A stretch of 63,998 nucleotides of DNA, filler included, from Reclinomonas americana ATCC 50394 (taxonomy: Eukaryota), in the NCBI GenBank assembly GCA_048213135.1. It is 9 parts of 4 records of this genome, joined end to end, with 100 filler letters (N's around TTAATTAATTAA, not from the genome) between each part and the next. Parts side by side here need not be neighbours in the genome. Positions count along the whole stretch, not along the records: positions 5,914 to 20,091 come from PS015115.1; positions 20,192 to 33,287 come from PS015115.1; 7 more parts are not named here. One strand, given 5' to 3'. Shown piece by piece: positions 13,701-25,400 of this stretch (position 1 is its first letter; each line of letters starts with the position of its first letter). A program made the translations under genes and the position numbers. Under the pieces are notes generated by a model, which had not been told where the DNA came from, made no database searches, and was given only the letters and a program-made list of their open reading frames with translations.

Positions 13701-15323
13701 GGCGTTCTTGCGCCCCGCAATCACTCCACGCCACGTCTCTCGAATCATCTCGCGAATCTTCTCGTACGTGTGGTGCTCGGTGAAGCCGTTGCTGCTGGCC
13801 TCAGAGCCGTGAATGCCCACACCGCCCGTCAGCGTAAAGTGCTGACCCTTGGCGGACTCAGCATGCATGCGTAGCTCCTTCATCACGTAGCCCTCTCGAG
13901 CGGGCTTGCCACTGGTGTCGCGCTGTTTTCTGCGCGCCAACACTGCCCGATCGCCCTCGTTGTACTGCATCCCATGACAAGTGAGAAAACACGCGAAAAG
14001 TCGCCTCGCTGAGAAACACGAGCGGAGAGGCGTCTCACCTCCTTGGAGAGGCGCTTCAGAATCTGGTGCTGTCGCATGTTGAGTTCCTCGGCCTTGTTCA
14101 CCGCAAACACACCCGCGTGCTGTTCCCGGGGAGAGTAGCCAAACGCATCCATCGGCAACACTTGCTCACGCTTCTGGGCACTGCACGCGTAGCGTAAGGG
14201 AGAGGCTGCTGGGGAAGAGACAGGGAAAAACACAATGCACGCAACTGGCCCAGCAACTCCAACGCCTCAAACGCCTGCACCGTGCGCAGCGCCTTGGTGT
14301 GCTTGTGGCGCAACCAGTCCTGGATCTCCTCCAACGCCACCACATAATTCATCAACTCAAACACATGCAACAGCTTGCTCGGCATCTTCGGCAAGCCGTG
14401 CAGCGAAAAGTACACACGCCCATCGTCGTGCACCAACGAGCGAGCCTCGGGTGTGCTCGGCGGCTGAATGAACGACTCCACAAAGCGAAACGTCCGGCAG
14501 AACGTCTCCACCAGCCCGAGTGTCACATGCGGGTACGTGCGCATCACATCCACCGCGCCACGCAACAACGACGCGCATTCCTCGCCCTGTGTGGAAGAGA
14601 GAAGCGTGACAAACCAGCAACCGCACACTATAGCGACACTATGGTCACGCGGAAAAGGGGCAATCGAGTGCAGTAGTGCAAGGAGAGACCAGCGCAGGGG
14701 ACAGAGGAAATCGATCAGAGAGAGAGAGAGAGAAGCAGGGAGGGAAAAAAAGGATGAATTCGGAAAGCGGACACATTCCCCAATGGGCCTCGCTCATCAT
14801 CTCCCATTCCGAGATTCGCATCACCACACACGCACACGCACTCACAGCTCACACCACCAATAACCAACGACAATACCACACACGCATGGCCACGCTCACA
14901 TCGACAGGATCAAAGCAAAACGGCTCTCACATATTCCCCCTCTCTCCTCTCTCCTCTCTCTCACACATACAAAACGCAACAGTGTACTTGAGGTAACGCA
15001 TGTGCCAGAGCGCCTGCACCTCGCTATCCTTGAGCACGCGCTTCAGCTCCGAGTAGTGCAGACGGCGTGGATTGTCAAGCGCCACGCGATCACCCAACGC
15101 CCGCAGCACATCGTCCACCTCAAAGTCACCAACGCCCGTGGCAATCGCAATCAACCTGCACCATTACGGCGAGAGAAGGCACAGAGAGAGAGACAGTGAG
15201 TGATCAAAGTCACTCTTTTTTTCTTGTGCGCATTGTGTACCGAAGATCAATCCAGTCCACGTATTCCAGTCCGCCTCCTGCAGGCGCCGCACTGCTCTCG
15301 CCACTATCCGCGGCAGATGCCAT
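10724..15323 (-). CDS. Multi-exon hypothetical protein with a long Ser/Pro/Arg-rich disordered region; 3' end approximate
   Basis: ATG at 15323 (MASAADSGESSAAPAGGGLEYVDWIDLR), then a chain of GT-AG-bounded coding blocks (14927-15154, 14250-14590, 13263-13970, 11498-12628). No family recognised. Confidence 0.6.
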
Positions 15324-15433
15324 TGCGGATTACAATCAATGAGAAAGAGGGTTACGGTGAGATGATACGCAGATGGAATTCCGCGATGGTAACCCATGGC
15401 CACGCACTCTCTTTCTCTTTGCTGTGTGGCGGT

Positions 15434-16008
15434 ATGGTGTATGTTCAGCTTCCCGAGTTCGTGGCCGCTGCTGAGCGGATGATTGCCGAGGATCCGCAGC
15501 GGGTGCGTGTGTGACTCACAAGCGAGAAACGCAGTGACATGTCACCTTGTTCTCTCTCACACACGCGCACACACACGCGCGCACAGACACGCTACGTGAT
15601 GAAGTACCGCAACTGCGACGGTGCGCTGGTGCTCAAGGTCACCAACGACAAGCAAGTGAGTGACGGAAATGAGCACACACCGTGCGCCGAATCACACTCT
15701 CATGTCATTCCCTTCGCCTGTGCATGCAGTGTGTCAAGTACAAGACCGATCAGCACCAAGACGTCAAGTTCGTCAATGATCTACAGCTCAAGGTGCTGCG
15801 TGGAATGACCGCCAAGCCATCCGCAGCCAGCTCATCCTCCTCTTCAACAACAACGACAACCACAGCAGCAGCAGCAGGATCACAATCACCAGCAGCAGCA
15901 GCAGCACCATCAGCAGCAGCAGCAGCGAGTTCACCACCAGCAGCTGGGCGAGGTGGTGGTGGTGGCGGCAGTGGGAAGAAGGGTGGTCGTGGTGGATCTC
16001 GTCGCTGA
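15434..16008 (+). CDS. SRP9: Signal recognition particle 9 kDa protein, 3 exons, with a low-complexity C-terminal extension
   Basis: Spliced product MVYVQLPEFVAAAERMIAEDPQR/TRYVMKYRNCDGALVLKVTNDKQ/CVKYKTDQHQDVK matches the SRP9 signature RY.MKYR.CDG.LVLKVT....C.K.KTD. Confidence 0.93.
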
Positions 16009-16530
16009 TTGCACGTTTGTGCGTGCTGCTCGAGAATGAAACACACGCGCGCGCTCTCACTGGTTGACGGGTCTTCGAGACTCACTGTCTGCGCGTATAG
16101 CTTGCCAGGGTTTGCCTGGCATCTGACTGCTTGGAGTTCTCCGATCGTGAATCGTAGGAGTCACCAGTCGTGCAGCGTTTGCTGTACGCTGTCGCCTCTT
16201 GGATCGTGTCATATTGAGCTGCACCATGCAGTCGTCTTCTGTTGTTGCTCTGGGATCGTGTCGTGCATCATGTCGCGCATCCAGTTATCCCTGAGTGGTC
16301 CCCAGTCGTGTAATGTCTGGGCGTGCTGTCGATTCTCGAATCGCGTCATGGTGGTACCTCCTCTATTCCTTTTACCTGCATACTTGTCTATCGCTATATG
16401 ATTGATCTCTCGCCTCCTTCCTCCTCCTCCTCCTTCCCTCCTCTCTCTCTCTCTCTCTCTCTCTTGTCGTCCGAGCTCTCCCCCCTCTCCCTCCCTCCCC
16501 TTCACGTTTCTAATCATTGAGCATGCATTT

Positions 16531-17527
16531 TCATAACTCACCACACAGCGCCACCCATACACCGGGATCTGGCGCGTAGTTGACCAGATTCGAGTTCTCC
16601 ACAATGTCGTACACCACATCCATTCCGTAGACGACCTTGCCGACGACATCGTAGCGACCATCTGTGTGCATTTGTGCACATGAGAATCATGTGATGTTCT
16701 CCGTGCAAAGAATGAGTGCGAGAGCAGTACAGTACCGAGCTCCGGCGCCGGTGCGGTGGTGACGAAGAACGGCGTGTTGGTGATGCCCGACTTGTCCTTG
16801 CGCGCCATGCTCACAATGCCCGGACAGCAGTGCGAGAGGTGTGCGGCCTGCTCGGCGGCACTCTCCTGCACCTTGCGCTCCTTTTGCACACCGGTGCCGT
16901 TGCCAAAGATCAAGTCGCCGGCGTGCATGGTGCCGTCGGGCGATACTCTGTACACGCGCGACAGCTGATACCCGTGGCCGTACACACCAGAGCACAGGTC
17001 GCGAAAGTACGCCGCCTTGGCCGGCACCAGCGAGTCAAACAACTGTATCACCACACGACCCTGCCCAACGCACTCGTGTTACCACGCAGCGTCACAATAG
17101 AGAACAATCGTACAGGCGCACCAGGTTCTCATGCGCCCTCCAAAAGTCAAGAAACACAAGCGGATACGGCGTAGTCTCCCGCGACAACTGGAACGAGACG
17201 CGCGGGCGTCCTCGTCCACGCAGCAATCGCGGGTTCTCCACCAAGTTCTACACACATCGCGTGTCAGCCTGCATCATCATCTCCACTCGAGACACACATC
17301 TCCCTCCGCACCGGCAGCGTCGGGTACGGCAACAACACATCGCGGAAATCCGGTGCGTCATACTCGGTCTTGGCCTCACGCGCAGCCGGTCGTGTGGCAC
17401 GTCGCACACCGGCCACTGTCAACTCCTTTGGTCGCCCAGGCCGCCTGCGCGTGGTCGTCGGCGGAACCTCCACAGTCTCACTGCTGAAGAGGCGCCGAGT
17501 CACTCGTCGCACCAACAGCGACAGCAT
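16531..17527 (-). CDS. Cyclophilin-like protein with a predicted mitochondrial presequence and a degenerate active site
   Basis: Starts MLSLLVRRVTRRLFSS. Contains VFLDF..GRVVIQLFDSLVP...FRDLC, VYRVSPDGTMHAGD, HCCPGIVSMA, FFVTTAPAPELDGRYDVVGKVVYGMDVV, and ends CGEL*. Confidence 0.85.
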
Positions 17528-17889
17528 CACAGTCGCGCCAAGGCCAGCGATGTCCGGTGCACTGCGCGTCGACTCTGGCTCACACACGCACAATGAGCAA
17601 CGCAGAGCAGGAGAAGGAAAGAGAGGCAGAGACGCAACTCGGAGAATGTTCCCGAGGACCAGCACAGTGAGCAGAGGCAGGGTGAATCGCGTGTATGCGC
17701 GTGTTGCAGTGCGTGGGACGATGGCGCCAGAGAGACTCAGCAGCGACGGCGAGCCCGTCAGTCGTTCACTCAGTCGTCGAAGCCAGCGCACAATGCGCAT
17801 GCAGATCGAGAATGTAATTTCGCAGTCAGGCAGAGTCGACCGTTGCTGTTCGCATTTCGATTGATTGCACGAGAAAAGGCTAATCGCGC

Positions 17890-20091
17890 ATGGGCTGCTG
17901 CGGAAGTAACCTGTACACGCCGCCCGGGGCCAACGCTGGCACGGATAATGCGCTGACGGGATGCCTGACGGGTGGGCACATTCCGGAGCAAGCCATGAGC
18001 AAGATGGTCGAGGAGGAATTGCACACGTTGTCCCGGCGTCTGTTGCAAGAGCGAGGGTTCACGCGAGGTGAGTGGAGGGGTGGCGGAGGGAGTGTGTGTG
18101 TGCGTCTATGAGGTGCTGAACGGTGAGAGCGCAGATGAGGCCAGTGAGTATGCGGATCGCGTTGTGCGATTCCACAAGCGAACGGTCGCTTCTGCCGCTA
18201 TGCAGGAGCAGGCGAGTGCGTTTATCAAGACACTGCGCGCCATGGTGAGTGTGTGAGAGAGGAGGAGGAGGTGGTGGGCGAGGGAGAGAGGAGAGAGCGT
18301 GGCATTCGCCCGAGAGCGTGCCAGTGAGTTCACACATTCTCTCTCGGTGTGTGTGTGCAGGGGCGCGCCGTGTCGATTGTCGAGGTGCTGCAGTTTTTGT
18401 GGGGCCAGTACGAAGCTCTGCGACAGGTCGACCGAGACCTTGTGCTGCCACCGCCGAACCAGCGCATCGTCGACAAGGCAGCCGAATGTGCGTCGTTGCC
18501 GTGTAGTCGCTCGTGGCCAGTGAGCAATGCAATCATCGTACCAATCGTGTGTACTCGCAGCGGCGGGCATTGTCGGCGGCAGCGATGAGGATGGTGACTT
18601 GACGGTGAACGAGTTCCTGGCCATCGGCACTCGCAGTGTGGTGCTGTTGGTGTTTGCTGGATTGCCTCGCTGCCCCAGTCGCGACTACATCACATCCATG
18701 GATGACATTGCGCCCGGCCCGTCGTCGTCGTCGTCTTCGTCGTCGGGATCGCAGCAGTTCTTCAGTCCCGAGCTTGCAGGTCGACGCCTCAGTCGGAAAT
18801 CCATCACCCCGGACACACTGGCACGAGTTGCGTCTGCACCAACCGTCGCGATCAGTATGTTCGACTTCCACCGCGCTTCCTCACTCTGTGGCGTGTGTGT
18901 GTGTGCAGGACATGGAGCGCCTGCGTCAGCGTGGACCCACGCCGGTGGTGCCTGTGGCGCCCAGTACCGCCGCCGTGATCAAGGCAGAGGTGAAGCGAGC
19001 TGAGGCGCCCGTCGCGGCAGCGCCTGCAGCAGAAGCAGCAGCGCCAGTAGAAACTGTCTCCGCTCCGCCGTCGCCGCCCTCGTCGTCGCGCAACAAGAGA
19101 ACCATTTCTCCCCCAGCAGAACCGATTGCCGACAGTGCAGACAGCTCAGCCGATGCCAGCGATGAGCCGTTTCGTGATTGCCATGTGCCTCCCACCTCTT
19201 GCCCTCCCTGTCAACTCAATTGTCGTCCACAGGGTGCTGAGACCGCGTGCTGTGCCCGGCGCACACAACTCGCTGGTGACGTACCTGGTCAGCCTGCTAA
19301 TGGATAGTGAGAAGTGGTCGGACTGGACCGACGCTTGCGACCTCATTGTGCGCAACACGGAGAGGATGACGCAGCGCGACGTGCATCGCCTCGCTCCAGC
19401 GCTGTGCAAACGAGTTGCGTGGCGAAACAATGCCTTGCGCGGCTGGGAGTGAGAATTCTTATGCGATGCACGTCATCATCAGATGGATAGCCTGCGCTCG
19501 ATGGTGATCAAAAGCCTGTGCCATGCGATCGGCTCACTGGCACGCAGCTCGAGGACGTCGTTTGCGCCAGTGTGTGACCAGTTCATCTGGCCGCTGCTCT
19601 CGCTGACGTGCAAGACCACACAAGTTGAGAGCCACTCGCGCGCGCTGTGAAGTGCCTTCATCAATCTCACGTGGTGCATACACTCAGGTCATGGCTGTGG
19701 CCGGCAACGAGTGTCTGCGAGAAATCGTGCGCAGCATTGTGCCGCTGTCACCGGCCGCGGTGGCGGTGCTTGTCGAGGGCACGGGCTCGTTGCACAAGTT
19801 GCGTGACAGTGGCAATCAACATTTTCATAGATTGTTTCCTGATGGTTGTCGCGCAGTGTGATTCGGTATCGGTCGCTGGAAGCTCTGGCACTCTCGCTGG
19901 ATGTGGTCGGACCCGACGCCGCCGATCTTTCTCTCGCCGAGACCTACCTGCGTACGGTGCACCGATGCATGTCGGACGCCTCGGAAGATGTGCGCCGCAC
20001 CGCAAGAGCGGCCTATCTGCGGGCCGAAAAAGTGTACCCCACCGCCAGTGACAGGTGTGTGGCAGATGTGTTTGTCGCCACCGTACGCGTT
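17890..20091 (+). CDS. TOG/CLASP_N HEAT-repeat protein with an N-terminal MGCCGS acylation motif; 3' end interrupted by spacer
   Basis: In-frame splicing gives EKWSDW...DSLRSMVIKSLCHAIGSLA...FAPVCDQFIWPLL...VMAVAGNECL...DASEDVRRTARAAY, typical of CLASP_N. The N-terminal exons may alternatively be a separate small gene. Confidence 0.75.
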
Positions 20092-20265
20092 NNNNNNNNN
20101 NNNNNNNNNNNNNNNNNNNNNNNNNNNNNNNNNNNTTAATTAATTAANNNNNNNNNNNNNNNNNNNNNNNNNNNNNNNNNNNNNNNNNNNNCTGCGCGCT
20201 ACCCTGCACAGACAATTCGTACGGCGATGAAGCGCGCAACTCATCGAACCCGCAGGCACGACCAC

Positions 20266-21535
20266 TCATTCTGCGCGACGACCCGGCAATGTAAATGCTG
20301 TGTAGTAGTGCATGTGCGCGTCATGTATTTTCCCCTGTGTACTGACAGCAGCAATGCGCGCGGCTACAACATGGCCGACTTGGTGCGACGCAATGCGCTC
20401 CGTGGCCGCTGTAAAAGATGTTCGCCCACCGTTGCTCCCCACCTCCTGTATCCGTCGGATGAGGGGTGGATGCCTGCAAGGGGATGCGTGTGAGTGAGAG
20501 TGCTTCACCACCACTACCACCACCACCACCACGCGAGCGATGAAAGTGCACACCATCCGCACAGAAGAACTCGCCCTCCGGCACCGATGGTACAAAGAGC
20601 GACTCGGATCGTTGTGCCACTTGCTGGGCCGCCACGTCGAGTTGCCTTGATCGCCAACCCGCCAACCCTGCACACACACACCCACACATACACATCAGAA
20701 AACATCACGCTAGTGATGATGTCTGTGTCGTAAACGAAACAGCGCAGCGGCTGCGGCAGGCCGGGGAATCGACCAATGTCAGCGACACCAGCCACCACCA
20801 GCGCAACATCTACCTCTGCACGCACGCAAAGCGGAAAGAGTGAGCGGACTACGCGCCTTTGCCCTTAGTCCCCCTTCTCTCGCCATCCCGACCTTCCTCA
20901 CGACCCCGCGCCGCACAGTGCAATCGCAGAATCGTGTCCACCTCATCGACAAAGCGCTGCAGGTGGTACTGGAACGAGCGCTGACCAGTCAACTGGAACG
21001 TGTCGTTCACACCGAGACTGACCAGCACCACAAACGTCACACGCTCCCCATCGTTCTCCAGTCGCACATGCTCCTCGAGATGCTGTCGCAATCGCGGCAA
21101 CAACGCTGCGCGCTGTGCGGTGAGCGACGACGAGAATCATCATCCTGTGCGCCACACAAACAACGTACTTTGCCGCGCACGAGCAGCGGTGACACCCGAG
21201 CGACCAATGGCATGCCACGTGAACGACAGCTTCTCCTCTTCCGCGTCTTCAGCGCCCTCGCGATGATAGTGCTCGGCCAGAGCGCGCGCCACATTCGCCG
21301 GCAATCCCTGCTCATGCTGCTCCACTCCAACACCCGCCACTGGCGACTCTCCCAGCGCCAACACGTGCACCACGCGATGACCCGGAGATGATGATCGCAG
21401 AGGGTGCCACAATTGGCCAGTGATCGCACCTTGCGCCGCCGGCAAGCGAATCACACGGCGCCGCACGTACAGTGCTTGTGTAAACAGGAGAATCGGCAGT
21501 GCGATCAACGCCAGCACGAACGCGACCCACAACAT
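20266..21535 (-). CDS. SGNH/GDSL-type hydrolase with an N-terminal signal/anchor; 3' end approximate
   Basis: Hydrophobic N-terminus MLWVAFVLALIALPILLF, block I LGESPVAGVG, block II GRSG, block III SLGVND, block V CADGVHF. Confidence 0.88.
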
Positions 21536-21713
21536 CGCACAAACACACACACAAACGAATGACAGAGTGAGTGACTCGCTGCTGATTGTCTTCGTGCTGT
21601 GATGGAGGAGAACCCGCGTGTTGTTCGCCGACGACTGCGTGTGGCTGTGGAGGACGTGCTTCACTCACCAGTTGCTCTTCCCTCGCTCCTTGCTTCTCTG
21701 TGTCCTCGCTGAC

Positions 21714-22460
21714 ATGCGTGCGCTGCAGCAGAGTGTGGACAAGTCGCGCGTGGTGGCTCTGACGGGCACCGATCGCGCTGTGAGTGCTGCGCTGCAGCGG
21801 CGACTGTTGCGTCGGCAGGAGCAGCTGGTGGAGCGCGCAGAGGGTCGGTGGTCGCGGTTGATGCAGGCCAATCGTTGTGTTTCTCTCGTCGCTTCTCTGT
21901 GCTGTCGCAGTCTCGTTTCACTCACCACCGATGCGCAGGCGAGGCGGCGACGGAGGTGCAGAGGAGAAGGCGCGAGGAACCAACTGTGAGGCAGAGACAC
22001 CTGCTGGCGGCGCTGCTGAGTGGAGCACTGCAAATGTCGCGCGATCCGCTGTCGCTGGTGTTGGCCATCATTCGACACATTCTGCAGGGTACGCCACCAC
22101 CATCCGCACCCTTGCCAGCAGTGTAGCGATCGGAAGCATTGTCTATTTATGTGCTACTTATGCTGCTCTCGGCCATCTCCACATCGCCTTGCACCGGTTG
22201 CACGAGCAGTGGCACTTCCAATGCTGGCGGTGCCGGTGGGGGCGGGGGCGGCACAGGTGCCCGGGGAACAGCACCGCACTGTCGACGCGGTGAGTGAGAG
22301 GGTGGCACGATGCAGTGGATGCAGTGTGCGCCGCAACACAAACCTTTTGCAAGTACGAGTCTGGACTCATTCTTCTGGTCAGCGACGCCAGCGAGTGCGC
22401 CATTACAGGATCTGCAGAAAGAGCGAAATGTGAGAGATGGCACACGGGGTAGAACTACAG
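21714..22460 (+). CDS. Small spliced hypothetical protein; boundaries uncertain
   Basis: ATG at 21714 (MRALQQSVDKSRVVAL...RRQEQLVERAEGRWSRLMQ), with further coding-like blocks bounded by splice signals. Confidence 0.4.
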
Positions 22461-22476
22461 TACAAACGCAGAGGCA

Positions 22477-25400
22477 TCACCAACCAATGCCACGCAGACG
22501 CGTGCGAGGAGCGGCAATTGCTCGATCAATCAGGCTGCGATTCAGCGTAATGAGGGCGTCGACATGCATTGCGTCGTCGTCGTCGTCGCCTTCATGAGCA
22601 GCATCGGCGACAACCGCGCCATCCGCTTGCAGGTCCGACAACTGCGCACAACGCGGTGAGCATCCTTGCGCACACACACATCCGCTTCGACGGCACAAAC
22701 AAAAAAACAGACCAGTGCCCGAGCAAGTGCGCTGACTTCATGTTGCATTGTTCCATCTGCGTCTGCGGGTCGCACCGGGTGACGGTTCGCAAAGACCGCG
22801 AATGCGGCTGACAGTCGGTGGAGCTCGTCGGCATCGTCTATCGCACTCGTTGCGGCTCGCCTATTGTCAAATACAGTCGATGAGTCAGCGAGCCACACAC
22901 ACGCACACCAACAAGCCACCAGCAGCATACAACTCACCAGCCGCTTGCGCTTGCCACCGCCGACGACGACGAAGGTAGGTTCGCGTCGAGCGATGAAGCA
23001 CGTGGTGCGCATTCCCGGAACGGCACTCGCACCATGTCGGCGACTTTTCTCAGCCCGTGGTCCTCGAGGAACTTGCCAACCGTCGTGGTCATGAAGCGCT
23101 GAACGTCGGTGCGAGTAATGGTCGGCGGTGGTGGTGGCGCGGGAGCGGGAGCTGGCGGTTCGGGTGGGAAAATCACACGATAGTTCTGCTGGCCGTTCAC
23201 AGGTACTCCAATCTGTGCGCACGCGACAATAAGTTCAGCCAATGCCTGCACAGAACGATAGAGAACAAGAAGACGACAACACACCGGCTCAAAGTACACG
23301 GGAGGCGGGTACACGTGGGCAATGTGCTGCGGCACTCGAATGGAGACCTCGTGGCCACCAGGTCCGGGCACCCGACGCAGCAGCGGGTCCACATTCTGCG
23401 CCGCCGCCATGCCGCCAATCGGTCGACCAGCAATCGCTGCCGCAGCCGCTGCTGCCATGGCGGCGAAGGGATTCGTCTGCAGTGATGGTGGCACCATCAG
23501 CGCCGGATTGCCTCCGGCCACAGGTGCACCCGTGCGCGACACAGCAGCAGAACCGCGCTGCGCCGGCTGAGAGGATGACTGCGTGCGACCAAGCTCGCCC
23601 GGGCGCGTCACCGGACGCGACGGCATGGGTGGCCAGGTGGCACGTTCCGGCACGTGGAAGTCGGACTCGAAGGTGAAGAGGCCATTGGCGTCGACCTCCT
23701 TTTGCGCCACTTCCTCAATGTCCGACAGCCGCGCCATGGCGGTGTGGTACAGCGACTCGGCGGCGTTGAACATTTCCGTGTCCACCGGGAAGAACATGAC
23801 GGCGTTGTGACACATGAGCCAAATGTCGCGCTGTGTGTCGTCAGGGGAAGAAATGTCAGCGTCACCGTACAAGGATGGGGAGAATGCAAGAGACGTACCC
23901 GGACAGTACGGGTGGAACGGTACGAGGCTGACGTCAGTCGCTCGTTGATAAATGCCCAGTCCACTGGCGAAAACACCACCTGTCGGTACGTCTCCTCGCG
24001 CGGCAGTACCGCGAACTTGTTGCCAGGATCCAACCTGCGCCACGAGGTGAGACGCACGCAGAAAAATACGGACACGAAACACCAGGACGCAACTTGCGCA
24101 GCTGAGCCACCACATACTCGACAAACCCACGCCAGTGACGGCAGTCTGTAGCCAAGGGAGATGTGATGAGTCTATCGTGTGGTGTAGTGGCACACACGGT
24201 TGAGGGTCGCACCAGCGGCTGCAATGTACGTCGGTGGATTGCGGAATGCCGCGGGAATGATGCTGTATGCAGAGTTGTCTGCACGCAAACGGGTCGTGAG
24301 CAGAGAGAGATGTGCAGAGCAAAGTGGACGGCACGCAGGTCATGGAACTCACCGAATAGTGGTAATTGATTCTCGCCTCTCCTACGCAGTTCAAGATTGT
24401 CATCAGGAACACGCACGCTGCACTCCATCAGCATCTTCGCATGTGTAGCACGCAACTCTCGCTTCCTTGGCCAGCTGGAACTGCCGCCACTTGCAGCAGC
24501 GCCACCGCCACTGCTACCGCCAGTGGAACCAATAAACTGAGGCAACTTGGCATACTTGGCCGCCACCTTGTCCAGAATGCCTGCAGCACGGGTGCGCAGA
24601 ATTTGCGCCGCCTTGTGTCGCGGATCTGACGGACCAAAGTAGCCTGCATTGAAGGAGGCGGATGGGCAACAACACACGACGATGTGAATCTTCGCAGTGG
24701 ATGGCACGCACGTTCTGCGTTGGAAAAGATCAGCATCAAATCGTCGCGGAAGTCGACCCACTCGGGGTATCGGCCTTGATTGATGCGTCGCAATGTGGTG
24801 CCAAAGTCGTTGGGCTTGTCGATCTTGACGTAGTAGTCGCTGTACAACTTCTTGTCGACTGGGTGCGTAAAGTGGTGATCCGCATCGTGCCTGCGATTCG
24901 AGCAATGAGTCCCACGGGCAACGTCTCCTTGACCATCGTCTCTCTCTCTCTCTCTTGCACGAACCTCTTGATCTTCGACAGCGTCTGCTTGAGAATCTCC
25001 TCGTACTCCTCCTCGTCAATATCCTCGTCTCCAAAGCCCTCGTCAACATCATCCTCTGCACCGCCATCATGAGCGCCACACGCATCATACAACACACGGT
25101 CGGGTAGAGAATCTCACCCTTTTCACGCTTCTTGCTGGCACGTCGCGATTTGCGCTCTCCTTCTGTGGGAGAAATCCCATTCGCAATCTGCCACTTCTTC
25201 TCCTCCGCCTCCAGCACCGTCGTGTTGTGCGCGACGAGCTTGTCGCGCAGCTTGCCCAGCAACTCCACAGCCACCTCGCGCAGCGTGCGAGCCACTTGGT
25301 GGAACTCAGTCGTGGCGTCATTGTACGTCGTGCAATTGTCAAAGATTAGCAGCGCGTGTTTCTGTGCCAACACACACACACACACAGTGAGACACGAGCA

